64,000 bases of DNA from a virus: the IMG/VR virus record IMGVR_UViG_3300044546_000330, positions 1 to 64,000 of that record. The stretch is one strand, 5' to 3'. The notes under the pieces are model-generated. The model made no database searches and had not been told where the DNA came from. It saw only the letters and a list, made by a program, of their open reading frames with translations. Positions 16,143 through 26,800 of this stretch are shown piece by piece. Positions within the stretch are counted from its first letter, which is position 1, and every line of letters begins with the position of its first letter. A program made the position numbers and the translations under genes.

Positions 16143-16153
16143 AACTATACAAC

Positions 16154-16426
16154 ATGACAGCGCACGAGATATGGGCCGGTAAATATACCCACTCTACCGA
16201 AGAACCGGAATTACTTGGACGAGTAATAGCATCATCTTTTAGAGTAGCTTGTTGGCTCTATGAACTTCAAAGTACTATACATGGCCTACAAAGCCTGATG
16301 GAGAAAGACATAGAGCCTGACGACGAACACTTTGGAAAATGGTACTACGACCCTATTACTAACAGCAACTTCTGGACTGGTAAGTACTACCAGACTAAGG
16401 AAGAGGCACAAAAGAGTTTTATATGA
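16154..16426 (+). CDS. hypothetical protein
   Basis: 90 aa ORF. Confidence 0.7.
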   Translation: MTAHEIWAGKYTHSTEEPELLGRVIASSFRVACWLYELQSTIHGLQSLMEKDIEPDDEHFGKWYYDPITNSNFWTGKYYQTKEEAQKSFI

Positions 16427-16704
16427 CGGAACTAATAGAAAAGACCTCTTACGAGGCGAGACTTAAAGAACTTGTAGATTTACAGTATATTAAAGTTGAA
16501 GAACTGCAAGAGTACATTGCCAAAGAAGTAGAACTTGCTTACAAGGCAGGGATGCTAAGGTTTAATGCTTTAGACCATACATTCCAAGCCCCGGGAACTA
16601 AACTCTTGCTTCAATGGAACAAGGAAGACCTATCTTTTATGGAAGTAGGAGAAGGAGCACTTCTTCCCTCTCTTTACTTACAAGCTAAAGGGTTCAAAAG
16701 ATGA
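16423..16704 (+). CDS. hypothetical protein
   Basis: 93 aa ORF, ATGA overlaps. Confidence 0.65.
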   Translation: MTELIEKTSYEARLKELVDLQYIKVEELQEYIAKEVELAYKAGMLRFNALDHTFQAPGTKLLLQWNKEDLSFMEVGEGALLPSLYLQAKGFKR

Positions 16705-17900
16705 CTAAAGAGCAAGCATTAGAGAACAAAACAAGAGTACAAGAAGAGACCAGGAAAGCCTGGTTCCAGGTAGGCTGTTGTGGTACTGCTGAACTAGCAA
16801 CCGGGTCAGGCAAGTCTAAGATAGCAATCGACTGCTTACAACAGTTGAGAGCTGATCCCTTAATGGGAACTTTCAAGACTTTACTAGTCACCCCTACTGA
16901 AAGTATGAGAGATGATGACTGGCCCGCAGAGTTTGCAAAGTGGAACGCAAGTACAGATGACGTAAAACTTATTTGCCAAGCCTCTCTTGGAAAAGAGAAG
17001 TTAGACAAGTACGACTTTATCATTCTAGATGAGTATCATAACTGTACTGTGAATATTCTTAAAAAGATAGAAATTGCTAAGCTTAGAGGCGCCAAAATCC
17101 TTGGTCTTACTGCCACGCTGCCCGACAAGGCAAACTGGCCTGATGAGATTGAAAGAGTAGGTTACCTTAGAGAGATAGTTCCAAGTATCTACAAAGTCAC
17201 AACTGATGAGGCTGTAGATCTTGGACTTATCTGTGACTTTGAGGTACAAGTACTTAAGTTTAAACTCGATACTATTCACCACGTTATACCGGCGGGCAGT
17301 AAAGCTACTCCCTTTATGAACACAGAATCTTCTCAGTACATCTACTTGACCAAGCAACTGCAGAAAGCTATGTACTCTAAGAATGAGTTCTTAAAGTTTT
17401 CAGCAATTCAGAAAAGAACTTCTTTTTTGTACAACTTACCATCTAAGACTAGACTTGCTAAAGCATGCATGGATAAGATGACAAGCGGTACAAAAAGAAC
17501 TCTTGTTCTGGCTGGGAGTATTGAACAGGCAAACTTACTTTGTGGAGACTATGTGTACCACTCAGAAAGTAGTCAGAAATACTTAGATGAGTTTCAAGAC
17601 GAAAAGATTAACATACTAGGTGCCGTAAAAGCACTTGACGAAGGTAGGAATCTTAAAAACTTAGAACAACTCTTAGTAGTACAAGTTCAGAGTGGTGAAA
17701 GGAGATTAGTGCAACGCATTGGCCGAGCTGTCAGGGTAGACTATAATAACATGGACAAGAAAGCCTTAATAGTTATTCTAGTTTCTATAGCAGGAAACGA
17801 TGGGAAATGTGCTGACGAGGAGTGGTACAAATCTGCCATAAGGGGATTTGACACTAAACGAATAACAGAAACCCTGGTTAAGGCACCTGACCATACTTAA
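16701..17900 (+). CDS. SF2 (DExH) helicase
   Basis: ATGSGKS, ILDEYH, GLTAT, QRIGRAVR. Confidence 0.9.
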   Translation: MTKEQALENKTRVQEETRKAWFQVGCCGTAELATGSGKSKIAIDCLQQLRADPLMGTFKTLLVTPTESMRDDDWPAEFAKWNASTDDVKLICQASLGKEKLDKYDFIILDEYHNCTVNILKKIEIAKLRGAKILGLTATLPDKANWPDEIERVGYLREIVPSIYKVTTDEAVDLGLICDFEVQVLKFKLDTIHHVIPAGSKATPFMNTESSQYIYLTKQLQKAMYSKNEFLKFSAIQKRTSFLYNLPSKTRLAKACMDKMTSGTKRTLVLAGSIEQANLLCGDYVYHSESSQKYLDEFQDEKINILGAVKALDEGRNLKNLEQLLVVQVQSGERRLVQRIGRAVRVDYNNMDKKALIVILVSIAGNDGKCADEEWYKSAIRGFDTKRITETLVKAPDHT

Positions 17901-17901
17901 G

Positions 17902-18408
17902 ATGACTCTACAAGAAGTTACAGAATGGTTAGTACTCAACAAGTACATGACCTATCACAAAGGAAAACCTATCTTTACAGACAAGTTCAAACACGAAGTA
18001 AGTACTTCATCAGTACCCGCAGTGAGCTCTACAAGTGTAGCGCTTTCCACCACTATCGATTACGAAGAAGAGTACAAACAGTTCATACTAAAGTGTCAGG
18101 TTCCTCCAAGAGGGTATGATAACTTTCAAAGGGCCTATGCACTCAATAAGTTTTCAAAAGATGGTGCAGTAGCGTACAAAGAAGCTATAGTAAAAGGTTA
18201 CAACATGGACATACTAGCTATGGTTGTCCATACGTATTACAAGTCTTCCATAAACTTTAAGAAAGCAATAGGCAACTATATGGTTTCAGGAGAATGGCAG
18301 ACTGATTATACTACCTTTATGGCTAAACACGAAGATGGCAAACTTAAAGAACACTTAAAACAAGAAACACACGATGTCAACAATATCCCATGGTTTACCA
18401 GAGGTTAA
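17902..18408 (+). CDS. hypothetical protein upstream of the replicative helicase
   Basis: 168 aa ORF in the operon. Confidence 0.7.
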   Translation: MTLQEVTEWLVLNKYMTYHKGKPIFTDKFKHEVSTSSVPAVSSTSVALSTTIDYEEEYKQFILKCQVPPRGYDNFQRAYALNKFSKDGAVAYKEAIVKGYNMDILAMVVHTYYKSSINFKKAIGNYMVSGEWQTDYTTFMAKHEDGKLKEHLKQETHDVNNIPWFTRG

Positions 18409-19534
18409 TTTACACCTCAAAGAAGTAAAGAACAGAGCATTCTTAGAAGAAGTTGAAAGGGGCCGTAGCGGTGCAAATGCTGGTCTCCCTTCCACACTGA
18501 AACTGAGTACTAAGTTACATGGTATACAAAAAGGCAGATACTATCTTTTGGGGGCTCACCCGAATGTAGGAAAGACTCAGTTTACAGACTTTTACTTTGT
18601 ACTATCTGCTTGGCTTAATGCTAAGAAGGCAGGAAAGAGGATAAAGATCTTTTACTGTTCTTTCGAGTTATCTGCCATTGTTAAAAAGGCAAAGTGGTGT
18701 ACATTCTACTTACATTGGAAGTATCAGTTGGACTGGTCTTCAGATTTTGTACTAGGTAGGATACCAAATGACGTGCCAACAGACGATCAGATGGTCCTCA
18801 TAACAGAAGCTTACACTTTTGTAGAGGCAATTATGTTGGACATGATTGTACTAGACATTCCCTTAACTCCTGACGCCCTTACGAACTACTTAATAGACAA
18901 CTATTACAGTTTAATGGGTACTGTGGTACGGGAACCAGTCACAGAAGAGCAGAAGAAAAAGAAACACAGAGGAAGAATTACAGGGTATAGTCCTAACATA
19001 GACATACCACTTACACTACTTGTTATAGACCACATGGCCCTATTGGCCGGTAAGAACCTAAAAGAGTCTATGGACCAGATGAGTACGAACTGTGTTTTTC
19101 TAAGAAACATCTTTGAACTGTCTCCTGTAATAGTACAGCAGTTTAATCAAGACCTAAACAAAACTCGCAGGGAGTCTTTGGCTAGGCATGGGGAAAAGAA
19201 TGCACCTACAAACATTCTTGCGCCCCAACAACTCGACTTTGGAGATTCTACTTACACTTATAGGGATGCTGATGTAGTCTTAGGACTGGTCAAGCCTAGT
19301 AAGTTTGGAGTAGCAGTCTTTGAGGATTTCCCTGCCAGTCCCCCTTCAGTCGGAGGGTTAGGGGACTGTCTTGCTGTACTGTACTTAATCAAGAACAGGT
19401 ACGGTTCAGTTGGAAGTATTTACCCTCTTTTTATGAATGGAATAGCTGGCATGTTCTATGACCTACCGGATACTCTTGAGCCGGATTTAAGTCCTTGGAT
19501 AGAGTCAGCTTTAAAACTCTCGCAAAATGGCTAA
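18374..19534 (+). CDS. DnaB-like replicative helicase
   Basis: Walker A GAHPNVGKT, SFEL, VIDH, QQFN, DADVVLGL, KNRYG. Confidence 0.85.
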   Translation: MSTISHGLPEVNLHLKEVKNRAFLEEVERGRSGANAGLPSTLKLSTKLHGIQKGRYYLLGAHPNVGKTQFTDFYFVLSAWLNAKKAGKRIKIFYCSFELSAIVKKAKWCTFYLHWKYQLDWSSDFVLGRIPNDVPTDDQMVLITEAYTFVEAIMLDMIVLDIPLTPDALTNYLIDNYYSLMGTVVREPVTEEQKKKKHRGRITGYSPNIDIPLTLLVIDHMALLAGKNLKESMDQMSTNCVFLRNIFELSPVIVQQFNQDLNKTRRESLARHGEKNAPTNILAPQQLDFGDSTYTYRDADVVLGLVKPSKFGVAVFEDFPASPPSVGGLGDCLAVLYLIKNRYGSVGSIYPLFMNGIAGMFYDLPDTLEPDLSPWIESALKLSQNG

Positions 19535-20201
19535 CATAGTATTAATAGTAGGCGATCAGGGTACTGGTAAATCAGCATCAGTAGAATCTCTTGACCCTAA
19601 AGAAACTTTTATAGTAAACTGTTCTAACAAACCCTTGCCGTTTGGCGGGAGTGGCGGACAGTATAAAGTAGGAGTTAACCTTTTTGTAAGTGACTCTTCA
19701 GTTGCTATTCTTCCAGTACTTGATGCAGTAGACAAGAACTCTGCTATCAAAAACTTGGTAATAGATGACTCAGGATTCATTATGTCAGAGATATACTTTA
19801 AGCGCGCATCAGAAACAGGCTTTGGTAAGTTCACTGCTATTGCGCAAGCGTATCAGTCTATACTTAGCAAGTGTAAGTCTATGCGACCAGACCTTAATGT
19901 AGCAGTAATGATGCACGAAGAGAATGAAGTTTCTAATGGTATTATCGTAGGAAAGAAAGGCCGTACAGTTGGAAAACTTGTAGACGACCAGTACAATCCT
20001 CTTAGTGTGGTATCTATAGCTTTGTTTACAGCTGTAACCTTTAACAAGGACGGCATACCAGAGTACAACTTCATTACTAATCGATGCATGGTAAGCGGCG
20101 TAGTCATTCCCGCAAAGTCTCCTAAGGGGATGTTTGACTTAAAGGTACCTAATAACCTTGATGTAGTATTTAAAGCTGCACGAACTTATTACGGAGCATA
20201 A
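19527..20201 (+). CDS. AAA/P-loop ATPase (Sak4/AAA_24-like)
   Basis: GDQGTGKS, KPLPF, LVIDD, AKSPKGMF. Confidence 0.8.
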   Translation: MANIVLIVGDQGTGKSASVESLDPKETFIVNCSNKPLPFGGSGGQYKVGVNLFVSDSSVAILPVLDAVDKNSAIKNLVIDDSGFIMSEIYFKRASETGFGKFTAIAQAYQSILSKCKSMRPDLNVAVMMHEENEVSNGIIVGKKGRTVGKLVDDQYNPLSVVSIALFTAVTFNKDGIPEYNFITNRCMVSGVVIPAKSPKGMFDLKVPNNLDVVFKAARTYYGA

Positions 20202-20227
20202 TTTTCAAAACTTTTAAACTAAGAAAT

Positions 20228-21025
20228 ATGAACAACGCACTTTTAGGTTTCTTGAATGAAATCAAAGTAAACGAAGTCGCTGCCCCAGTAGGCCGATTGA
20301 CAACCAAGAAAGAGACTAACCCGGCTAGTAACTTTATGGGTATCCGTGTATGGAAAGATGGAAGTATTTTCCCTTCTCGTACTTTAGTAGATACCTATAA
20401 CTTAGAGTACCCTAAAGCTACAGTGACTATCATTGATGTACACAACGAAGATGGTAGTCTTAAGAAAGATGCTGAAGGTAAGCAAGTAGTAAAAAGAACG
20501 GTTAGTTTTCCTGAAGGGAGTACAGCAAACGGTCTTGACATCTTTGCTTTAGCTGACTGGACTCAAGTAGACGAAACATTCCGTGCTAACAAGTTGATTC
20601 TTGTAGGTATTACTTCTAAGTCTATGCCTAAAGTAGAAGTCTTCTCTAATGTAAAGTACAATGATGACGGTACACCGCAGAACAGTGTAATGGATCAAGG
20701 TGCAACTACGTATGGTAGAGAAACTTTGTTGCCTTTGGTAAAGTCTGTGTACGGTATGGAACCTGGAGAAAATGGTTATATAGATTTGGAAATTAACCCA
20801 AGCTTTAACTTGAAATCAAAAGTAGCTAACGGTGTCTTTCTTATCCCTAAGACTATTGTCCGCGGAGAAAAGAAAGGTCATGCAGATTACTTAAGAAGAG
20901 AGAACATTGATGTGTTACCTATGACGCCTGTAGTTCCTGTACAAAGTACTATTGACCAAACTAGCACAGCTATAGCAGAGATGCCTCAAGATATTGCAGA
21001 AAGCGTATCTAGTGTACCTGCATAG
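20228..21025 (+). CDS. hypothetical protein
   Basis: 265 aa ORF with A-rich leader. Confidence 0.8.
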   Translation: MNNALLGFLNEIKVNEVAAPVGRLTTKKETNPASNFMGIRVWKDGSIFPSRTLVDTYNLEYPKATVTIIDVHNEDGSLKKDAEGKQVVKRTVSFPEGSTANGLDIFALADWTQVDETFRANKLILVGITSKSMPKVEVFSNVKYNDDGTPQNSVMDQGATTYGRETLLPLVKSVYGMEPGENGYIDLEINPSFNLKSKVANGVFLIPKTIVRGEKKGHADYLRRENIDVLPMTPVVPVQSTIDQTSTAIAEMPQDIAESVSSVPA

Positions 21026-21050
21026 TCTTGGCACTGTAGTGACTTTTATT

Positions 21051-21058
21051 TAACTTTG
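21051..21058 (+). promoter_or_regulatory. Bacteroidota sigma -7 element
   Basis: Intergenic TAACTTTG with TTG ~20 nt upstream. Confidence 0.5.
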
Positions 21059-21076
21059 ACCTCTTAAACAAACTAT

Positions 21077-21841
21077 ATGATACAAGTAGGAATCAACGAG
21101 GATGTAATCCTCAAAAACGTAGAACTTACCGAAAAGGATGGTAAGTGGGCTGTAAACTTTGCCTTATCTCAGGGTGGGCAAGAAGACGCAGGTGATGACC
21201 CTCTTAATGAGGTGTATGATGAAGATGGGATGCTTGTTACCGGTTCAGGTGGAGGTATGAATATCAAAGTGTGGCCTATCAATGTACCTAAAGAGGATAC
21301 ATTTGACGGCAAAGCTAAGACCATCAAGGATCGTATTGACGAGGCTAACGAAGCATCGAAGGAAATGCAAAACTTGTTTACTTCTTTTGCCCGTTGCTAT
21401 CTTACATCGGACAAGATAAAGTTCGAAAGGTTTAGAAATATCCCTATTACAAAAGACTCTATGCAGATACTTTTGAACGAGGATACTTTATTGCTTGTTA
21501 CTAAGAACTTGGCTAACCAGTTCATAGAAATGTGCTCTCCTTTCTTCGGCCAACAAGAGTACAAACTTAGACTTTTACTTCGCCGCCAAAGTGTAACTAA
21601 ACACTACCCGGCTTTAAGAGATAAGTTGTTACAAGCTTTCCCTTTTGTGGAGCTTATGGCTATTCCAAAGAGTGCGTCTAAGATCGCGTTCACTAAGTAT
21701 GAAATTTCTAAAGGGTTAAACAGTGGCACACCGTCTGTAGCTACTGATGCTCCTGCGGAAAACTTGGCACCAGTTGATACTAATGCCTTGTTTGGAACTA
21801 CAGGTGACGTTAACCTAGCTGAAGCTACTGAACTGAACTAA
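21077..21841 (+). CDS. hypothetical protein, possible ssDNA-binding protein
   Basis: Beta-rich N-terminus, acidic flexible tail, located between the ATPase and primase; function is inferred from context. Confidence 0.55.
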   Translation: MIQVGINEDVILKNVELTEKDGKWAVNFALSQGGQEDAGDDPLNEVYDEDGMLVTGSGGGMNIKVWPINVPKEDTFDGKAKTIKDRIDEANEASKEMQNLFTSFARCYLTSDKIKFERFRNIPITKDSMQILLNEDTLLLVTKNLANQFIEMCSPFFGQQEYKLRLLLRRQSVTKHYPALRDKLLQAFPFVELMAIPKSASKIAFTKYEISKGLNSGTPSVATDAPAENLAPVDTNALFGTTGDVNLAEATELN

Positions 21842-21846
21842 GTCTT

Positions 21847-22803
21847 ATGCTTACACTGGACCAACTCAGTGAGCAAGAAATATTAGAGCGAGTCGATGAG
21901 TACTCGCTCTATTGTTTTTATCTGGAGTTTGAACCTGTTATAGGTAGAAAGTACCAGTCTAGACTTCGTACTAGAGATGACAAGCCTTCTTTTGGTCTAT
22001 TTGAAAGAAAGTATGGTGGAGACCTACCGCATGAATTCATGTGGAAAGATCAAGCTCTTCCATGCACTCCTAACTATGGAGACATCTTTGATCTTTTAAT
22101 AGTACTGTATCAAGAAGTAGAGTCTAGGTATGAGGCTATGTTAAAAGTAGCAGCAGACTTTGGACTTATGGAAGAGGCTAGTCCTCTAATAAAACAGCTT
22201 GTCATTACTCCTGTACGTAAAGAACCTGCTCACATCAGGGTAAAGTCCAGAGAGTTCACTCATAAGGAACTTCATTACTGGGAACAGTACAATGTAAACA
22301 AGAGTATTCTGCAGTTGTATAATTGTACAGCTGTGGAATACTTTTTTCTTTATGATACTGATGTAGTGCCCAGAAACCCCGTAACGTCTATGTATGCCTA
22401 TAGAATCTTTGACAAGTACCAATTGTACAAGCCAAAGCCTAAGGAGTTTTATATGGATTGGACAGAAAGCTGTGTACCAGGGTTTAGTCAATTAGAACGT
22501 ACTGACTTGTTGGTAATTACTAAGGCTATGAAAGATATTATGTTTTTCAAGTCTTTAGGGTATGACGCTATAGCTCCGAGAGCTGAGAATATGATACCAG
22601 ACCCTATGCTAATTCAGTGGATACAGAAAAGATATAATAGAGTGATTACTTTCTTCGACAACGATGGAAAGACTAGTCCTCACTTGTATCCTTTTCAATC
22701 TGTCACAATTCCTTTAGGAACTGAGACAAAAGACCCCACTGACCACTGTGCCAGGTACGGAGTAGAAAGTACTGCTGAACTTATAAAAGACTTACTAAGA
22801 TGA
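21847..22803 (+). CDS. DNA primase (Toprim)
   Basis: LVITKAMKD, FFDND, KDPTD Toprim motifs of the crAss-like primase type. Confidence 0.85.
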   Translation: MLTLDQLSEQEILERVDEYSLYCFYLEFEPVIGRKYQSRLRTRDDKPSFGLFERKYGGDLPHEFMWKDQALPCTPNYGDIFDLLIVLYQEVESRYEAMLKVAADFGLMEEASPLIKQLVITPVRKEPAHIRVKSREFTHKELHYWEQYNVNKSILQLYNCTAVEYFFLYDTDVVPRNPVTSMYAYRIFDKYQLYKPKPKEFYMDWTESCVPGFSQLERTDLLVITKAMKDIMFFKSLGYDAIAPRAENMIPDPMLIQWIQKRYNRVITFFDNDGKTSPHLYPFQSVTIPLGTETKDPTDHCARYGVESTAELIKDLLR

Positions 22804-23036
22804 CAGAAGCAGCGGAGTTAGAACAGGAACTAGAACCTTTATTAATAGGTAAAGTAGTTCAGATAAAGTACACTCACTTTTCAAAAGAAGAACGGGTCGA
22901 GATAGATACAGTTAACCGTCTGGCTGTAGATATCGATACTAGACCAAACCATTATCTTATACTCTTTACAAATCAAGGTAAGAGACTTGAGATAAACCTA
23001 GACGATTTTTCAACACACATAAAAGTACTAAATTAA
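22800..23036 (+). CDS. hypothetical protein
   Basis: 78 aa, overlaps both neighbours. Confidence 0.6.
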   Translation: MTEAAELEQELEPLLIGKVVQIKYTHFSKEERVEIDTVNRLAVDIDTRPNHYLILFTNQGKRLEINLDDFSTHIKVLN

Positions 23037-23502
23037 TGGCAATACTAGAACAAGGTACTTCGCAGATTAGCGGAGGCTTCGACAAGGGTATAGAAGAAGC
23101 CGGGAGAGATGTTATGCTTGACATCTTTCAAAAGAACCAATATCAGTACCCTGTAAAGAGTACTATTAGAGAGATAGTTTCTAACTGTGTAGACTCTATT
23201 AACGAGAGAGAAGTAGCTAAGAAGATACTGTCTGGCGCATCTGTAGTATCTGATTTCTTTGAAGACAGAGAAGGAGATGTATACAAAGACAGTAAGTTCG
23301 TACCTGAATACTATGACCCTAATTGGTTAAGCAATGATCCTACTACTTACATTACGTATTACGAAGGCGCTACTGCCGAACGGGATAGCATCTGTATTAA
23401 AGACTACGGAGTAGGACTTGGGGGAAGAAGGCTTGAGAAGTACTTTTCACTTTTCTTTAGCACTAAGAGGCTATCTAAACTACCTTTAGGTAAGTTTGGC
23501 CT
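23036..23502 (+). CDS. rIIA-like GHKL ATPase, exon 1
   Basis: IREIVSNCVDS, IKDYGVGLG, STKR...GKFG; interrupted within the GKFGLG motif. Confidence 0.85.
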
Positions 23503-23580
23503 TAACATACCGGGGCCGCTGTCAGGTAACTGACATGAAAATAAAGTGGGAGAATTGCTGGAAGTCTAAGTTAGTTTTAC

Positions 23581-23588
23581 TATCTTTG
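23581..23588 (+). promoter_or_regulatory. Bacteroidota sigma -7 element for the intron endonuclease
   Basis: TATCTTTG 20 nt upstream of ATG 23609. Confidence 0.5.
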
Positions 23589-23608
23589 TTTCCTAAACAC
23601 AACATACC

Positions 23609-24388
23609 ATGCGACAAAGAAAAAGTCGAAGTAGAAAAAAGCACGATTATTTTTCAGTAATAGACACAGAGTTCAAAGCTTACATCCTGGGATGGATATA
23701 CGCTGATGGCACTCTTTTAAAACGTAACGGAAATAGACAGGCACTATTTTGCATATCAGTACAAGAAGAAGACGGTAAGGAGTTCTTACCTGAGCTTGCT
23801 AAAGTAGTAGCCGACAGAGTACCTGGGATACGATATTACGCAGCACAGAAGCTTAGAGGAGAAAAGCCACAGATGAGAGTAAGTATATCCTCCGATCAGA
23901 TATATGCTGACTTAGTACGTCATGGCTTACAGCAAAATAAAACTGCGTATGGCATGACTTACCCTACTACTTTACCTTCTGAACTAGAGCATCATTTTAT
24001 ACGTGGGTTCTTAGATGGGGACGGTAGTATCATGTACAGCCAAACTGTCTCTACTTATGTTCCAAAAACTAAGCCTAAGACAAACGTCTTAAGAGACAGG
24101 GGACGTATAGCCTTTATAGGAACTGATAAAGCGTTCTTAGAAGAGATACGAAAAAGACTTCCTATTACAAAGTGTTACTACGGGGGTAAGCAGTCCAAGA
24201 ACATGTTTACTCACGTACTTTGGGTTGAGCGTGCTTTAGATGTAAGAGCGTGTATAGCATACCTATATAAAGACGCCACATGGTTTTTGTCAAGAAAGAA
24301 AAGTAAAGCTGATAAGATAATCAGCAGCCGAGCCTTACGTGCAAGTAAGGAAGGTTCAGAGACTACCGGAGCAGTAGAGTCTGCTTAA
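23609..24388 (+). CDS. intron-encoded double-motif LAGLIDADG homing endonuclease
   Basis: YILGWIYADG and FIRGFLDGDGSI motifs; LSRK C-terminus. Confidence 0.9.
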   Translation: MRQRKSRSRKKHDYFSVIDTEFKAYILGWIYADGTLLKRNGNRQALFCISVQEEDGKEFLPELAKVVADRVPGIRYYAAQKLRGEKPQMRVSISSDQIYADLVRHGLQQNKTAYGMTYPTTLPSELEHHFIRGFLDGDGSIMYSQTVSTYVPKTKPKTNVLRDRGRIAFIGTDKAFLEEIRKRLPITKCYYGGKQSKNMFTHVLWVERALDVRACIAYLYKDATWFLSRKKSKADKIISSRALRASKEGSETTGAVESA

Positions 24389-24501
24389 TAACCGGAAGTA
24401 GTATAGAGTAGTTTCTATATGAAACAGCACCCACCTCCGTGTGAAGACGCACGGATGATGATATAGTCCGACACTCTTGGAAACAAGAGATTACAGATTC
24501 G

Positions 24502-26785
24502 CGGTAATAAAGCGCCCTTATCTTTAGAGATGGGGTACTATACAGTAGAGTCAAGATACAACGGGCAACTGTACAGGTTCAATGTCTACAAAGGTAAGGT
24601 AGAATCTATCATACCTAAGTTTAACATAAAGACAGGGCAGGAGAACACTGCTCACGAGATGCCAACTCCCTCTGGCGTACCTTACATTTACTACAGCGAA
24701 GTCACTACTGAAAAGAATGGAGTATCTGTAATAGTAGAAGCCAAGAAACCGCATAAAGAACTGTACCGTGATGCAGTCCAATCTCAGTTGCTTTACTTTG
24801 ACAACATAAACTTTCAGATAATCAAAGAAGGGTATGTAGACCAAGTAGATTACAAAGCTGACATTATTTATGAGGATGAGTACCTTGTTATGTCTAACAA
24901 CTCTTATTACTCCAAACCCCATTTACTTCTTAACAGGGTAAACTATGGGTACATAAACTTTGGAGAGTTAGAGATACAGGACAAGATAGGTAACATTGGT
25001 ATCAAAGTACTGCCTGAAGACGTAGAGATTTCACCGTCTAGGGAATCTTTGGTGTGGAATGACAAGACTAAGGAGACTATTCTTAGTAGATTTAAGGCAG
25101 CGGTACAAAGTGCCACAGTACTTGTACAAGAAGAGCTCAAGGAAAAGGACTTTCTAAGATGGGTAAAGCTTTGCTATGGCATGCAAAACAGGTATTCAAG
25201 TGATAAGGCTAATGGCACTGTAGTGGAAAGACTGTCGTGTATCATAGATATGGCTTCTTTAGAACCCACTTATAATGGTACTGATATAAAGTTTAACCAT
25301 AACGTGCTAGACTTCCTACTCGTAGAGAAAGTAGAAATAATTAAGACTAAAAAAGCGAACAAAGTAAGTAACAAGGTAGACAGAAAAAGAGTTTACACTT
25401 TATACGATGCTATGAATTCCAAAGTAGTAATTTCTACCGGTAAGAGAAACAATCGTAAAGACAAGTACCTATTAAGTACTGCAGATAAGTTTGTACGAGT
25501 AAAACCCCCATATTGGTTAACAGAAGAGTCACAGTCTCTTAGTAAAGAGGAGTTACTTGAAACCATATTGGAAGGTTACGTTTCTGAATCGCACAAAGAA
25601 GAGATAAGAAAGAAGTTTAATGCTAACAACTCTGTTGAAGTATGGAACTTGCTAAAGTCTTCTATAGATGTGCTAGACTACGAAGCCATAGAAGTCCCTG
25701 ATAGCTTTGTCGCTTCGAACAATGAAGAAGATGAGGAGATCATAGAAACTGAGGAGGAGAAACAAGAAGCTGCTATGTCTAATGAGGAACGAAGAAAGTT
25801 ACACAACAAGGTAGTAATACACACTCCAAGATTTGTATCCGATTCTCGTGCACCTCAGTTTATAGAATGGCAGAAACTTGAAGTAACTGTAAAAGAGATC
25901 GAAGCCTGGGATGCTGCAGAAGTGTACTATGGTAACGACGTAGATGGCGATACTATTAAACTTGTAGCTATGTTGTCTCGTAAAGTGAACAATGAAAGTG
26001 ACTGTGTATGGCTTCCAAAAGGTGTTACTATTGAGGGCGATGCTAATCCGGGAGAAGAAGGCCACTACTCTGAATGGCGTAAATCAAAGTTTGACGAGTC
26101 CATCACAGCGGGCGTAGCATATAGGTGTTCTCATTTCTTTGACAATACGCAGATTAAACTGATAAAAGTTTCTCAACAGACTACTAAACTGTATAAGAAC
26201 TTTTACCACATAAACAAATTCTTTTACCGTTTAAACAGAGGTGTACTTACCATGAGCAATGTACTAATACAGTGGAATACTTCCCGCTTAATTAAACAGG
26301 ACCTTCATAAGTTGAACTTCTTATGGAACTATCCTTTCTCGCAAGAGAAGAAAGACCAGTTTAGAGAGATAGTAAAGTATGTCAAACTTAACTATAGGCC
26401 GATGGCAGGGTTTCAAGATAAAGGTGTTGCACCTGAAGCTTTAAACAACTTGACTGCACATCTTGATAAGGTACTGCAGTTTCAACTCTTTGTCAAAGAA
26501 GGGCATGCGTCAGAAGACATAGCTAAACTTGCTTCCGAAATGTGGGGCAGTGAATCTGTAGTTGACGGCCAGGCTATTGACATGGCAGTATGGGACAAGT
26601 TTAAAGCTTTGCTTGAGTGGTCAGAACCTATTAGAGTACTATTAAATGAGATGACAGCGTTAACAGGCATTGATGGTGTAGCTCTAACAGAAGTTGACCA
26701 ATACCAAGATAGACAAGAGTGCCTTATTAAAGAAGAACTTGAACACTCTCTTATTTCGTATATCAAGTCTAAGAACGTATCTTAG
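24502..26785 (+). CDS. rIIA-like protein, exon 2 (spliced product 916 aa)
   Basis: Spliced junction reads GKFG-L-GNKAPLSLEMGYY; later SPSRESL motif; followed by an rIIB-like gene. Confidence 0.85.
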
Positions 26786-26800
26786 CATAAAATCTCAAAC

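Larger units (their letters stand above)
23503..24501 (+). mobile_element. group I intron (999 nt)
   Basis: P1 GGCCT(23498-502)/GGGCC(23513-17) with U-G at the 5' splice site; P10 TACCG(23508-12)/CGGTA(24502-06); core AATTGCTGGAA, AATCAGCAG, TCAGAGACTA, GATATAGTCC; terminal G at 24501; splicing restores the frame. Confidence 0.9.

Noticed and set aside
23503-23533. ORF-track C-terminus of the 165 aa protein and the separate start at 24530
   Set aside because: Artefacts of the group I intron; the two ORFs are exons of one gene.
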